A DNA stretch of 32,000 nucleotides. Origin: Candidatus Methanophagaceae archaeon (lineage in GTDB: Archaea > Halobacteriota > Syntropharchaeia > Alkanophagales > Methanospirareceae). Under the pieces are notes generated by a model. The model searched no databases, was not told where the DNA came from, and saw nothing but the letters and a program-made list of their open reading frames with translations. Below are positions 23,538 through 31,124 of the stretch, in pieces (within the stretch, counting starts at the first letter, position 1; the number at the start of each line of letters is the position of its first letter). The stretch lies in the NCBI GenBank assembly GCA_003194425.1, contig PQXB01000001.1:160444-192443 (forward strand). Reading direction: 5' to 3'. A program made the translations under genes and the position numbers.

Positions 23538-25796
23538 TTATTTATCATCAGAACCCTTCTCTGTTACCAACCTCGGCACGAGCGTCGAGTACCGCCCCAA
23601 CTGAATCCCGTATTTTTTGTTGTACTCTGCCATTTCCATCAGTTCGCCAGACCTGTGCCTCGCCCGTTTTATCCGCATTCCCTCAATCTCCCACCCGTGC
23701 TCCTCCTTCAACTTCCGCAGCAACTCCGCCCGCCGCATCACATGCAACTCCTGCTCGGACCGCACGAACAAGTGCCAGTCGTCTGAATATTCGCCAAAGA
23801 AATTTTTGTAAGCCTCGTTCTCCGCCTCCAGACTCGCAAGCCTGGGGTCTCGCAAGGCAAGCGGGCGGTGCAGCAGTTTCGCACTCATCGCGATCGCCTC
23901 CTCCTTCGTCTCCACCGGCACGAGCATGTGCACTGGACACGGTTCGACCTCCTTCTTCTCACCCGTCACACCGTCGTACATCCACCACTTGCTCCTGTCG
24001 TTTTTGTCGCCCAGGAAGAACCGCTTGAAGTTGCTTGAACACGAAGGTGAACACGAAGGTGAACACGAAGGTGAACACGAAGGACCGACGACGACAGGAA
24101 TGCCCGACCTGACGAGACCCGACGCAACCGCGAACATCGTCTCCGTCCACGCACCCCAAATTATCGCGACCACGGGCAGCCGAGCGTAGAGGTAGTCGGC
24201 AATCTGCGTCCAGTTCGCTTTCGGCACGTAGCCACTCCCAACCAACGCACCGCGGTAGACCGCAGCAGGAACGTGCGAAATCGCAGTGCAGCCCCCGAAA
24301 TTCACCAACCCCTTCAGCACTCCAGCCGCGATGTACTGCTCGAACAAGAACTTCCGCCCCCCTTCCTCCTCGTCAAAATACTTCGCAACGTCCGCAGCAA
24401 CGCAGCCCGAAACCGTGACAAGAGCGTTCCGCTCCAGAAAATACCTCGCAATTTCCGCTACTTCTTTCCCGTTCCCTGAACCCTCGCAGTCTCCGCGGTC
24501 TCCACAGCCCAGAATATTTATCATTCCCGGCCCGTTCCCGCCTAAAATAATCCCGAAGGTCAGGTCCCGCCACTCCAACTCCGACATCGGACCCCGCCCA
24601 GCCCGCATAAGAAACTTGTCTTGCTTTATTTTACCTTTTTTCTTTGGTATTTTTTTCACCCCCACCACCAGCCGAACAGCGAGTTCGCCCGCCTTCTCTG
24701 GACCAGAAATTCGCACGCCCGGCAGGTCCTTCTCCAACACCTCGCTGACCAAATCCTGCACCGTCTTCGCTGACCTCTCCTCTAACTCCAAATCCAACCC
24801 GCAGGCGACCACCTTCGCACCCACCCGCTTCGCCTCCTCTAAAACATCAAGCTCAAAGCACAATTCTCCGCTGACCACGACCACATCGGGAATGCCTGCT
24901 CTGAAAACCTCCCTCGCCTTCACCGCCGACGCGAGAACCTTTCCGCGTTTGTAAAATCTTGGAATGTCGTGCCCCACCGCACCGACGCCGCAAATTTCTA
25001 CCGCCTCCTCCAATCCCGCTCCCGACCTTCTCAAATACTCAACCGCGAACCACGCCGGCAAGAAATCGCTGCCAAGAAAGACCACAACCGGCTTGCTCGT
25101 GTCAGCCGCACCGAGACCAACTTCGGTCTCGACCGGCGGGAAGTCAGTGTACTCGGTCGCAGGACGCGTGCCTGCGTTGTAGAACCCGAAGCAGCACATT
25201 TTTAGCGTCTCTGCAATTTCCATCGCGAGAAATGTAAGCGAGCCCGCGTGCAACGCCTTCTCTTCAAATTCCTCCGCACTCTCTCCGCCCTGTTCTTGAG
25301 CGAGAAGCAATTTTGAGAGCTGCGATTCCGCGTAGCACAACGCCCTCTCCGCCTCGCCCAAATCTTTCGTGTAAAACCCGGTCAGCAGTGAGGTGTTCAT
25401 TGAGGGGTAGGTAACTGACTTCCCAATCTCAAGTTCCTTCTCTCGCCCAAACCGTTCTACCGAAAAATCAAGCAGACGCCTCGCAACCCCCAACTGCCGA
25501 GACAGCCCTTTACAAGCCTCCTGCAAACTCTGCCTCGCTTGCTTCGCCTGCTCTTCCTTTTTCAGCTTTTCTTCCTTTTTCAGATTTAGTTCGGCGTTCG
25601 CGTAGACCGCGGGGTACCTGTTCAGAAGCACGCTGTCCCACTCTTCGATGTCCGCAGCGTCTGCAAAAATGTTCAACCTCGGCTTCCACTGTTCCAGCTG
25701 TCCTCGCTCGCCCATTTCCCTGAGTATTTCGCGGGCGATTCGTTCCTTCTCTTTCTCTTTCTCCTTCTCTTCCCCCTTCCCCTTCTCTTCCTCCAC
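23538..25796 (-). CDS. CdhA-like protein (CO dehydrogenase/acetyl-CoA decarbonylase-synthase alpha family), apparently degenerate
   Basis: 752 aa. As I recall CdhA, it is collinear: LLNRYPAV, LMRAGRGPMSE, INILGCG, TVSGCVAADV, NFGGCTAISH, DWHLFVRSEQEL and LLRKLKEEHGWEIEG. The N-terminal Cys cluster and the internal 2x4Fe-4S insert are absent. Confidence 0.7.
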   Translation of the reverse strand: MEEEKGKGEEKEKEKEKERIAREILREMGERGQLEQWKPRLNIFADAADIEEWDSVLLNRYPAVYANAELNLKKEEKLKKEEQAKQARQSLQEACKGLSRQLGVARRLLDFSVERFGREKELEIGKSVTYPSMNTSLLTGFYTKDLGEAERALCYAESQLSKLLLAQEQGGESAEEFEEKALHAGSLTFLAMEIAETLKMCCFGFYNAGTRPATEYTDFPPVETEVGLGAADTSKPVVVFLGSDFLPAWFAVEYLRRSGAGLEEAVEICGVGAVGHDIPRFYKRGKVLASAVKAREVFRAGIPDVVVVSGELCFELDVLEEAKRVGAKVVACGLDLELEERSAKTVQDLVSEVLEKDLPGVRISGPEKAGELAVRLVVGVKKIPKKKGKIKQDKFLMRAGRGPMSELEWRDLTFGIILGGNGPGMINILGCGDRGDCEGSGNGKEVAEIARYFLERNALVTVSGCVAADVAKYFDEEEGGRKFLFEQYIAAGVLKGLVNFGGCTAISHVPAAVYRGALVGSGYVPKANWTQIADYLYARLPVVAIIWGAWTETMFAVASGLVRSGIPVVVGPSCSPSCSPSCSPSCSSNFKRFFLGDKNDRSKWWMYDGVTGEKKEVEPCPVHMLVPVETKEEAIAMSAKLLHRPLALRDPRLASLEAENEAYKNFFGEYSDDWHLFVRSEQELHVMRRAELLRKLKEEHGWEIEGMRIKRARHRSGELMEMAEYNKKYGIQLGRYSTLVPRLVTEKGSDDK
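24037..24084 (-). repeat. 12-bp x4 tandem repeat inside the CdhA-like gene (PSCS x4)
   Basis: gaacacgaaggt occurs at 24037, 24049, 24061 and 24073. The last base of the fourth unit differs. Confidence 0.95.
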
Positions 25797-25818
25797 TGCC
25801 TCTTCCTCCGCGGGGTTG

Positions 25819-26055
25819 TTAAAAAATATCCACCTCTGCCACGCAGTTCGGACAGACGACCCGCTTTTTTACCGCTTCTCCTGTAATTCCGGGGGTCGTA
25901 ACGCCTTTTATTCGGTGCGCAGGGTGCGTGTCTTCCACCGTTACCTCCACCGAGCAGGTTTCACACAGCGGAACGCCGCAGAGACTGCACTTCGCTCTCG
26001 CTTCCCGCTCTTTACAAACTCCGCAAACGCCGCAAACGCCGCAAGCCTCTCCCAT
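25819..26055 (-). CDS. small cysteine-rich zinc-ribbon protein
   Basis: 78 aa with several CxxC pairs (CGVCGVCGVC, CSLCGVPLCETC, CPNC). The stop lies 22 nt upstream of the CdhA-like ATG on the same strand. Confidence 0.5.
   Translation of the reverse strand: MGEACGVCGVCGVCKEREARAKCSLCGVPLCETCSVEVTVEDTHPAHRIKGVTTPGITGEAVKKRVVCPNCVAEVDIF
26021..26047 (-). repeat. 9-bp x3 tandem repeat (GVC x3) at the 5' end of the Zn-ribbon gene
   Basis: ccgcaaacg, ccgcaaacg, ccgcaagcc. Confidence 0.85.
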
Positions 26056-26084
26056 CTTTTCTACAAATCATTTAAAAAATAAAA

Positions 26085-26101
26085 AATTGTTAGGAACAAT
26101 T
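26085..26101. promoter_or_regulatory. perfect inverted repeat AATTGTT-AGG-AACAATT between the A/T-rich promoter and the ACAD ATG (candidate operator)
   Basis: 7-bp arms with a 3-nt spacer. The repeat lies downstream of the TTTAAAAA element (26071-26078) and ends 5 nt before ATG 26107. Confidence 0.4.
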
Positions 26102-26106
26102 CAGCA

Positions 26107-27381
26107 ATGAAAAAAGAAGAGGTTCTCTTCTCTGCGGAGGAGTGCGAATTCAGAGCCGAGTTGCGAGATTTTCTTGAGCGCGAGGACGCGAAGGGGGCAG
26201 AGCGGGAAATATTTGAGCAGGATTTTTATCCGCGGGAACTTTACGAGCGGTTGGGGAAAGCGGGTTTCTTGGCGCCGGTGCTGCCCGCGGAGTTCGGCGG
26301 TAAGGAAGAGGAAGGCGGGAGTAAAAGAGGAGGGAGTGAGGGAGGGGGTAAATTGGTGTACGAGGCGGTGTTGGCGGAGGAGCTCGGTGCTGCCTGCGTG
26401 CCGCTTGCCTGGATTCACTCAACCTCCTCCTACGCCTACGCGACGATTTTGAGGTACGGGAGCGAGGAGCAGAAGAGGCGGTTCTTGCCCGCGATGAAAC
26501 GGGGCGAGAAGGTCGGTGCTGTCGCGATAACCGAGCCAGAGGCGGGGAGCGACGTAATGCGGATTCAGACGAGGGCGGAGTTGCGAGCGAGAGGCGGTGA
26601 ATTTCTGTTAAGCGGCGAAAAGCGAAACATCACAAACGGGAGCCAAGCAGACTTGCTTTTGGTCTGGGCGGTGACGAACCCCGAGGTTGACCCTGCGCGG
26701 GGGCTGAGCGTTTTTATCGTGGAGCCTGGTGAAGGTGGAGGACCTGGTGAAGGTGGAGGAGAAGGGTTTGAAGTAGTGGAGGATTTCAAGTTGTTAGGCG
26801 GGTTTCCGGGGACTGTAAATTCTCGCCTGCGGTTTGACGAGTTGAGCGTGCCGAGGGGGAACTTGCTCGGCGAAGAGAGCGGGGAGAACGCGGGAGCGAG
26901 GATTTTGTTCGACGAGCTCACGGTTGAGCGGGTCTTGTACGCGGCGATGCTGGTCGGCGAGGCGAGACCTGTGCTCGAACTCGCAGCGGACTACTCGGCA
27001 GAGCGGGAGCAGTTCGGAACGCAAATAAGCAGGTTCGAGGCGGTGAGCTTCAAAATCGCAGACGCAGCTGCAAAGTTAGAGGCTGCAAAGTTGATGATTT
27101 TTTACACTGCGAGGTTGCTCGACGCGGACGCGGGCTTCAGTGCAGAGAAGGAGTCAGCAATCTCGAAACTGCTCGCTTCCGAGGCGTTCTACGAAGTCGC
27201 TCACAGCACCCTCCAAATTCTCGGCAGCAGAGGGGTCTCCGACGAGTACCCTGCTGAGTGGGCGTTCAGAATGGCGAGGCTCTCAATGATTCCCGCAGGG
27301 ACGAACGAGATTATGCGGTTCATCGTGCAGCGCGAGATTTACAAGGAGCGCAAGGAGCGTAAGCGTAAGACAAAAACATGA
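26107..27381 (+). CDS. acyl-CoA dehydrogenase (second copy)
   Basis: 424 aa. Motifs are [16 protein letters not shown], a C-terminal TLQILGSRG and [14 protein letters not shown]. It has two low-complexity insertions and a [12 protein letters not shown] tail. Confidence 0.9.
   Translation: MKKEEVLFSAEECEFRAELRDFLEREDAKGAEREIFEQDFYPRELYERLGKAGFLAPVLPAEFGGKEEEGGSKRGGSEGGGKLVYEAVLAEELGAACVPLAWIHSTSSYAYATILRYGSEEQKRRFLPAMKRGEKVGAVAITEPEAGSDVMRIQTRAELRARGGEFLLSGEKRNITNGSQADLLLVWAVTNPEVDPARGLSVFIVEPGEGGGPGEGGGEGFEVVEDFKLLGGFPGTVNSRLRFDELSVPRGNLLGEESGENAGARILFDELTVERVLYAAMLVGEARPVLELAADYSAEREQFGTQISRFEAVSFKIADAAAKLEAAKLMIFYTARLLDADAGFSAEKESAISKLLASEAFYEVAHSTLQILGSRGVSDEYPAEWAFRMARLSMIPAGTNEIMRFIVQREIYKERKERKRKTKT
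26725..26760 (+). repeat. perfect 18-bp x2 tandem repeat inside the second ACAD (PGEGGG x2)
   Basis: cctggtgaaggtggagga occurs at 26725 and 26743. Confidence 0.95.
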
Positions 27382-28242
27382 ATAAAACAGAAATAGGGTC
27401 TGCAACTGCGAAGGGAGGATTTGTAAATGAAAAGAGTATTTGCAAGAAGTTTAACAGTTGGAAAAAGGATAAAGAGGCTCAAATTTGGCTCAGGATTATG
27501 GGATATAAAGTAGAAAAGATTGATTCTGTAGAAGCAATTCAAATTCCAACCAGAATTAAGAAGAGTGAAATAGAAAAATTTGGGATAAGCGAAGAGGATT
27601 TTGAGGGTTAGCGAAGAGGATTTTGAGGGTTTGATGCGATTCAAGAAAGCCGACGCTCAGATAAGAATTGTCATTACTATCGGCGAGATTTTGAAGGTAG
27701 AGAATTTGTCTTTAAAGAAGGCTAATTCTGACGCAGATTATAATCAGGTGGATAAGCGGAGGGTTGATTCGTATCAAAAGATGTGGAGTTTTGACGACGA
27801 AATAGCCTACTGGTTAAAGCTTTTCACGGGTGAGAACAATCCTAAATCGTTTGCTAAACTCGTGGGTGAAGTTGAATTGAGAGACAAAAGGAGGTTATTT
27901 TTTGATGAAATGCCTGAGGAGATTTGGACTAAAATTATAACATTTTTTGAAGAAAATAGGATAATTGTTGTTAGCGATATTTTAAAGGGGCGAGGCGGAC
28001 TTTCAGCCAACTGGATGCTGGTCACGAGGTACAACAAAAATGAGGAGACTACTACTTGGACACTCAAAGATATTAACACCGTTATGAATTTCTTTGGTGG
28101 GGGGGAGGTAAAAATATCGCCGAGAGGAAGTTTGTATTTAGGTAAAATCACAATGCAGAGAAAAGGCGGAACTCCAGACCCTACAAAACTACAGTTCAAG
28201 ATAAAACCCTGTCAGTTGTTTAGCCTGGGGGAACGACAATGA
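27378..28242 (+). pseudogene. type II restriction endonuclease (HinP1I/MspI-like as far as I recall those sequences) disrupted by a 22-bp tandem duplication
   Basis: Track ORFs 27378-27611 and 27601-28242 are in different frames. Both contain SEEDFEG, encoded by the duplicated 22-mer. Removing one copy gives one 280-aa ORF. It is adjacent to, and overlaps (ATGA), a methyltransferase gene. Confidence 0.75.
27587..27630 (+). repeat. perfect 22-bp x2 tandem duplication causing the frameshift in the endonuclease gene
   Basis: agcgaagaggattttgagggtt occurs at 27587-27608 and again at 27609-27630. Confidence 0.95.
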
Positions 28243-29045
28243 AAGGAATGAAAATGGAAGTAGACAAAGTGTATTTAGGCGACTGCGTAAAGATTATGAA
28301 GACTTTACCAAATAAATCTGTAGATTTAGTCTTTGCAGACCCGCCGTTCAACATTGGGCTAAAATACGATGTTTATAACGATAACCTTTCGTATGAAAAA
28401 TATTACAAGTGGTCTGAAGAGTGGGTAAAAGAGGCTTGCAGGCTACTTAAAAACAGTGGGGCAATTTATGTCGCGATCGGAGACGAATTCGCAGCAGAGC
28501 TAAACATAATTCTAAAACGAAGAGGCTTCTATTTCAGAAACTGGATCGTGTGGCACTACACCTTCGGTCAAAATCAGCGGAAGAAATTTACCCGCGCACA
28601 CACTCACATTTTATATTTCACCAAAGACAAAGCACGATTTACATTTAACGACAAGCACATTCGCGTGCCCTCGGCAAGGCAACTCGTCTACAAAGACAAG
28701 CGAGCAAACCCGCTTGGAAAGATTCCCGACGATGTCTGGCAGTTTTCGAGAATTTGCGGAACGTTCAAGGAGCGTCTCGGAAGACACCCTTGCCAAATGC
28801 CAGAATCCTTACTTGAGCGAATAATAAGCGTCAGTTCCAACGAGGGCGACACGGTCTTAGACCCTTTCGGCGGGACAGGGACAACAGCAGCAGTCGCGAA
28901 GAAATTGAAGAGACATTTCATCACGATGGAAATATCCGAAGAATATTACGACATCATCTTGAGAAGGTTGAATTTAAGAAGAGTGAAGAGTGTGTCAGAG
29001 GACGAGGAAGAGGAGCAGAGGACTTTATTTGCGGTTTTAAGATAA
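28239..29045 (+). CDS. beta-class DNA methyltransferase (DPPF motif; N4-cytosine or N6-adenine) of the R-M cassette
   Basis: 268 aa. Motifs are DLVFADPPFNIG (motif IV) followed by VLDPFGGTGTT (motif I). The ATG overlaps the endonuclease stop. Confidence 0.9.
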   Translation: MKGMKMEVDKVYLGDCVKIMKTLPNKSVDLVFADPPFNIGLKYDVYNDNLSYEKYYKWSEEWVKEACRLLKNSGAIYVAIGDEFAAELNIILKRRGFYFRNWIVWHYTFGQNQRKKFTRAHTHILYFTKDKARFTFNDKHIRVPSARQLVYKDKRANPLGKIPDDVWQFSRICGTFKERLGRHPCQMPESLLERIISVSSNEGDTVLDPFGGTGTTAAVAKKLKRHFITMEISEEYYDIILRRLNLRRVKSVSEDEEEEQRTLFAVLR

Positions 29046-29178
29046 TACCTCCGCTAATTCCCGTCTATTTATAGAAGGGATACAGCGGATAATATAAAAA
29101 GTTTTCGGAATAAAAAGCGGAAACACCTTCCAAGCGCCGGTAAACCCCTTTGTGCCTTCGCAGGTCTTTATTTATTCT

Positions 29179-30411
29179 TCAAAACGCTCCCCTAACGCAC
29201 TCTTCGGTCCTGCACAACCTCGCCCTAGCACCACCGCACAGAAGCGGCACGTACCTCAGCATTTTACCCGAGTTCGTCAAAACACAGTCGTAGCCCTCAA
29301 ACGCGGGCGAGACCACGAAACAAGTGTCGCAAATTACTTTTACCTTAACCCCGAAATTCTCAATCTTCTCCACTAACCCTTCCCTCCGCACGCTCTCACT
29401 CTCTTTTATCGCCCGCGCGGTAAAGACGAAGAAATCCTTTCTTACTTTCCTTCCCCTGCCCTCCTCCTTCAAGAGTCCGTAAATGCGTCTCAATTCCGCG
29501 GGAGAGCAGTGCGGACAGCCGAGTGCGATTGCTGTCCCCTCGGGTTCGCAATTCTCATCTTCAGCACCACCAAAAACCGCCTTTAAATCCTCCTTTCCTA
29601 TTTTTATCTCCTCCTCTGGCAGCTCCTCCTCTTCCGCCTCTGGCGTCACTCCTTTTATGTGAAACATTCCCACAGACCCGGTCGCCCCCACCGCCGCGGA
29701 CAAATGCTTCAACTCGTCTCTGCTCGGCGGACGGGAAGAAACGGGAAGTTCAATCGCGGGTATTTTGTCCCCTACAAGATTGCCAATCAAAAATCCCAGC
29801 GCACTGTAGTCCGCGTCCGCGAGCTCGCACTTCTCTCTCTCGCACACCTTCACCCGCACAGTTGGCTTCCTGTTCTCGGCTTGGTGAAGCCCGTAAAGAG
29901 GCGTCTTCCCGATTAACGCGGCGGCGAGGGCAGAAGGCGCCCCCTCCATATTCGTCCGCGCACCCAGGACCGAGTTAGCGAACAAGACCGCCGAAGACTC
30001 TGCCCACGCCAAATGCTCGCCTTTTTTCGGCAGGTCACCCCCACCAAGCAGGTAAGGGACGCAGGTGCATTCTGCGGAGACGCCCAGACTCTTGTAAGCC
30101 GCGAGCACCGCCAGCTGCTTCTTCGCAAACGGCTCTAAAACGCCCATTTCCCGCCATTTCTCCTTTTCCAAATCCATTCCGACGGGATTTAGAGTGCTTT
30201 CAACCGCTACCCTGCCTTCAAGACTGTTGATGAACTCAAAGGCGTCGCCGATGGTCTTGTAGGACGCGCCCGACAAGTGTGCGGTCTTTATCGGAATTAG
30301 CATTGAGGCGTCGTTTATTTCGCCGATTGCGACGAGGATTTCCATCGCCTTCTGCCTCGTCCAGCCCGCCTCCCCTTCGTAAATCCGCTCTTCTTCTCTC
30401 GTGAGGTGCAT
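29179..30411 (-). CDS. aconitase X (AcnX/DUF521) large subunit, probably the phosphomevalonate dehydratase large subunit of the archaeal mevalonate pathway
   Basis: 410 aa. The N-terminus MHLTREEERIYEGEAG..RQKAMEILVAIGEI...LIPIKTAHLSGASYKTIGDA is typical of AcnX large subunits. Confidence 0.75.
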   Translation of the reverse strand: MHLTREEERIYEGEAGWTRQKAMEILVAIGEINDASMLIPIKTAHLSGASYKTIGDAFEFINSLEGRVAVESTLNPVGMDLEKEKWREMGVLEPFAKKQLAVLAAYKSLGVSAECTCVPYLLGGGDLPKKGEHLAWAESSAVLFANSVLGARTNMEGAPSALAAALIGKTPLYGLHQAENRKPTVRVKVCEREKCELADADYSALGFLIGNLVGDKIPAIELPVSSRPPSRDELKHLSAAVGATGSVGMFHIKGVTPEAEEEELPEEEIKIGKEDLKAVFGGAEDENCEPEGTAIALGCPHCSPAELRRIYGLLKEEGRGRKVRKDFFVFTARAIKESESVRREGLVEKIENFGVKVKVICDTCFVVSPAFEGYDCVLTNSGKMLRYVPLLCGGARARLCRTEECVRGAF

Positions 30412-30530
30412 TTTCTTGTTGCTAGAAAAGTAGTCGATAACTATTTGGGCTTCCCTCCTTCACGCCTAAATACGCTAGCTTCTTGCTGCTCCTACCTTCC
30501 TGTCTTCTCTTCCTTGTCCTCTTTCTGCAT

Positions 30531-30971
30531 TTAACTCGAATTCCTCTTCCCCTCCCAATCTACTTGAACCTCTACCTCCACCTCTGTCTTTGGCACGGTC
30601 TGCTCTCTAAAATACTCGGCATCAAATTCTACACGAACTGCACCCTTTGGAAGCAAATCTGCACCTTCTACCACCCTTTTTCTAACCACGCTGTCGTGTG
30701 CAGCGTCTGTAAATATCAGAGTTACTGTCACATTTTTTGCCTCTTTATCTCCGATGTTCCAGACCTCTCCCTGCACTTTCACGCTCTCCATTCCGCTGAC
30801 GCTGAGGTTCTCTGCTGCTCCCTGTGTAGCTCCCTGTGTAGTAACAACATCATAAGCAATGTTCACTTCGCTCTCTCTTTCTTCTCTGATTTGGAGGAAA
30901 AGGAGAACACCACAAAAAATAATCCCCGCTATCACCACACCAAGTACAAATCTCTTGATTTTACGCTCCAT
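30531..30971 (-). CDS. membrane-anchored beta-rich hypothetical protein
   Basis: 146 aa with an N-terminal TM helix (FVLGVVIAGIIFCGVLLFL) followed by a beta-strand-like ectodomain. It is preferred over the low-complexity antisense ORF 30483-31091. Confidence 0.45.
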   Translation of the reverse strand: MERKIKRFVLGVVIAGIIFCGVLLFLQIREERESEVNIAYDVVTTQGATQGAAENLSVSGMESVKVQGEVWNIGDKEAKNVTVTLIFTDAAHDSVVRKRVVEGADLLPKGAVRVEFDAEYFREQTVPKTEVEVEVQVDWEGKRNSS

Positions 30972-31124
30972 TTTTATTCTCCTTTTCTTCTATTGATATT
31001 GTACAAACCCACATATTCCAAGAAACCTTTATTTGTTTTATGTTTCGCCAAATACACTATGAATGGAATAAGCGTAGCTAATAAAAGTTGAGATATTGTA
31101 TTTACGATTTCTTGAACTAACATC

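Noticed and set aside
30483-31091. 202-aa plus-strand ORF.
   Set aside because: Its composition is odd (Cys/Leu/His/Phe-rich) with no motifs. The antisense 146-aa ORF has a clean N-terminal TM anchor plus a beta-rich domain and fits the orientation of neighbouring genes.
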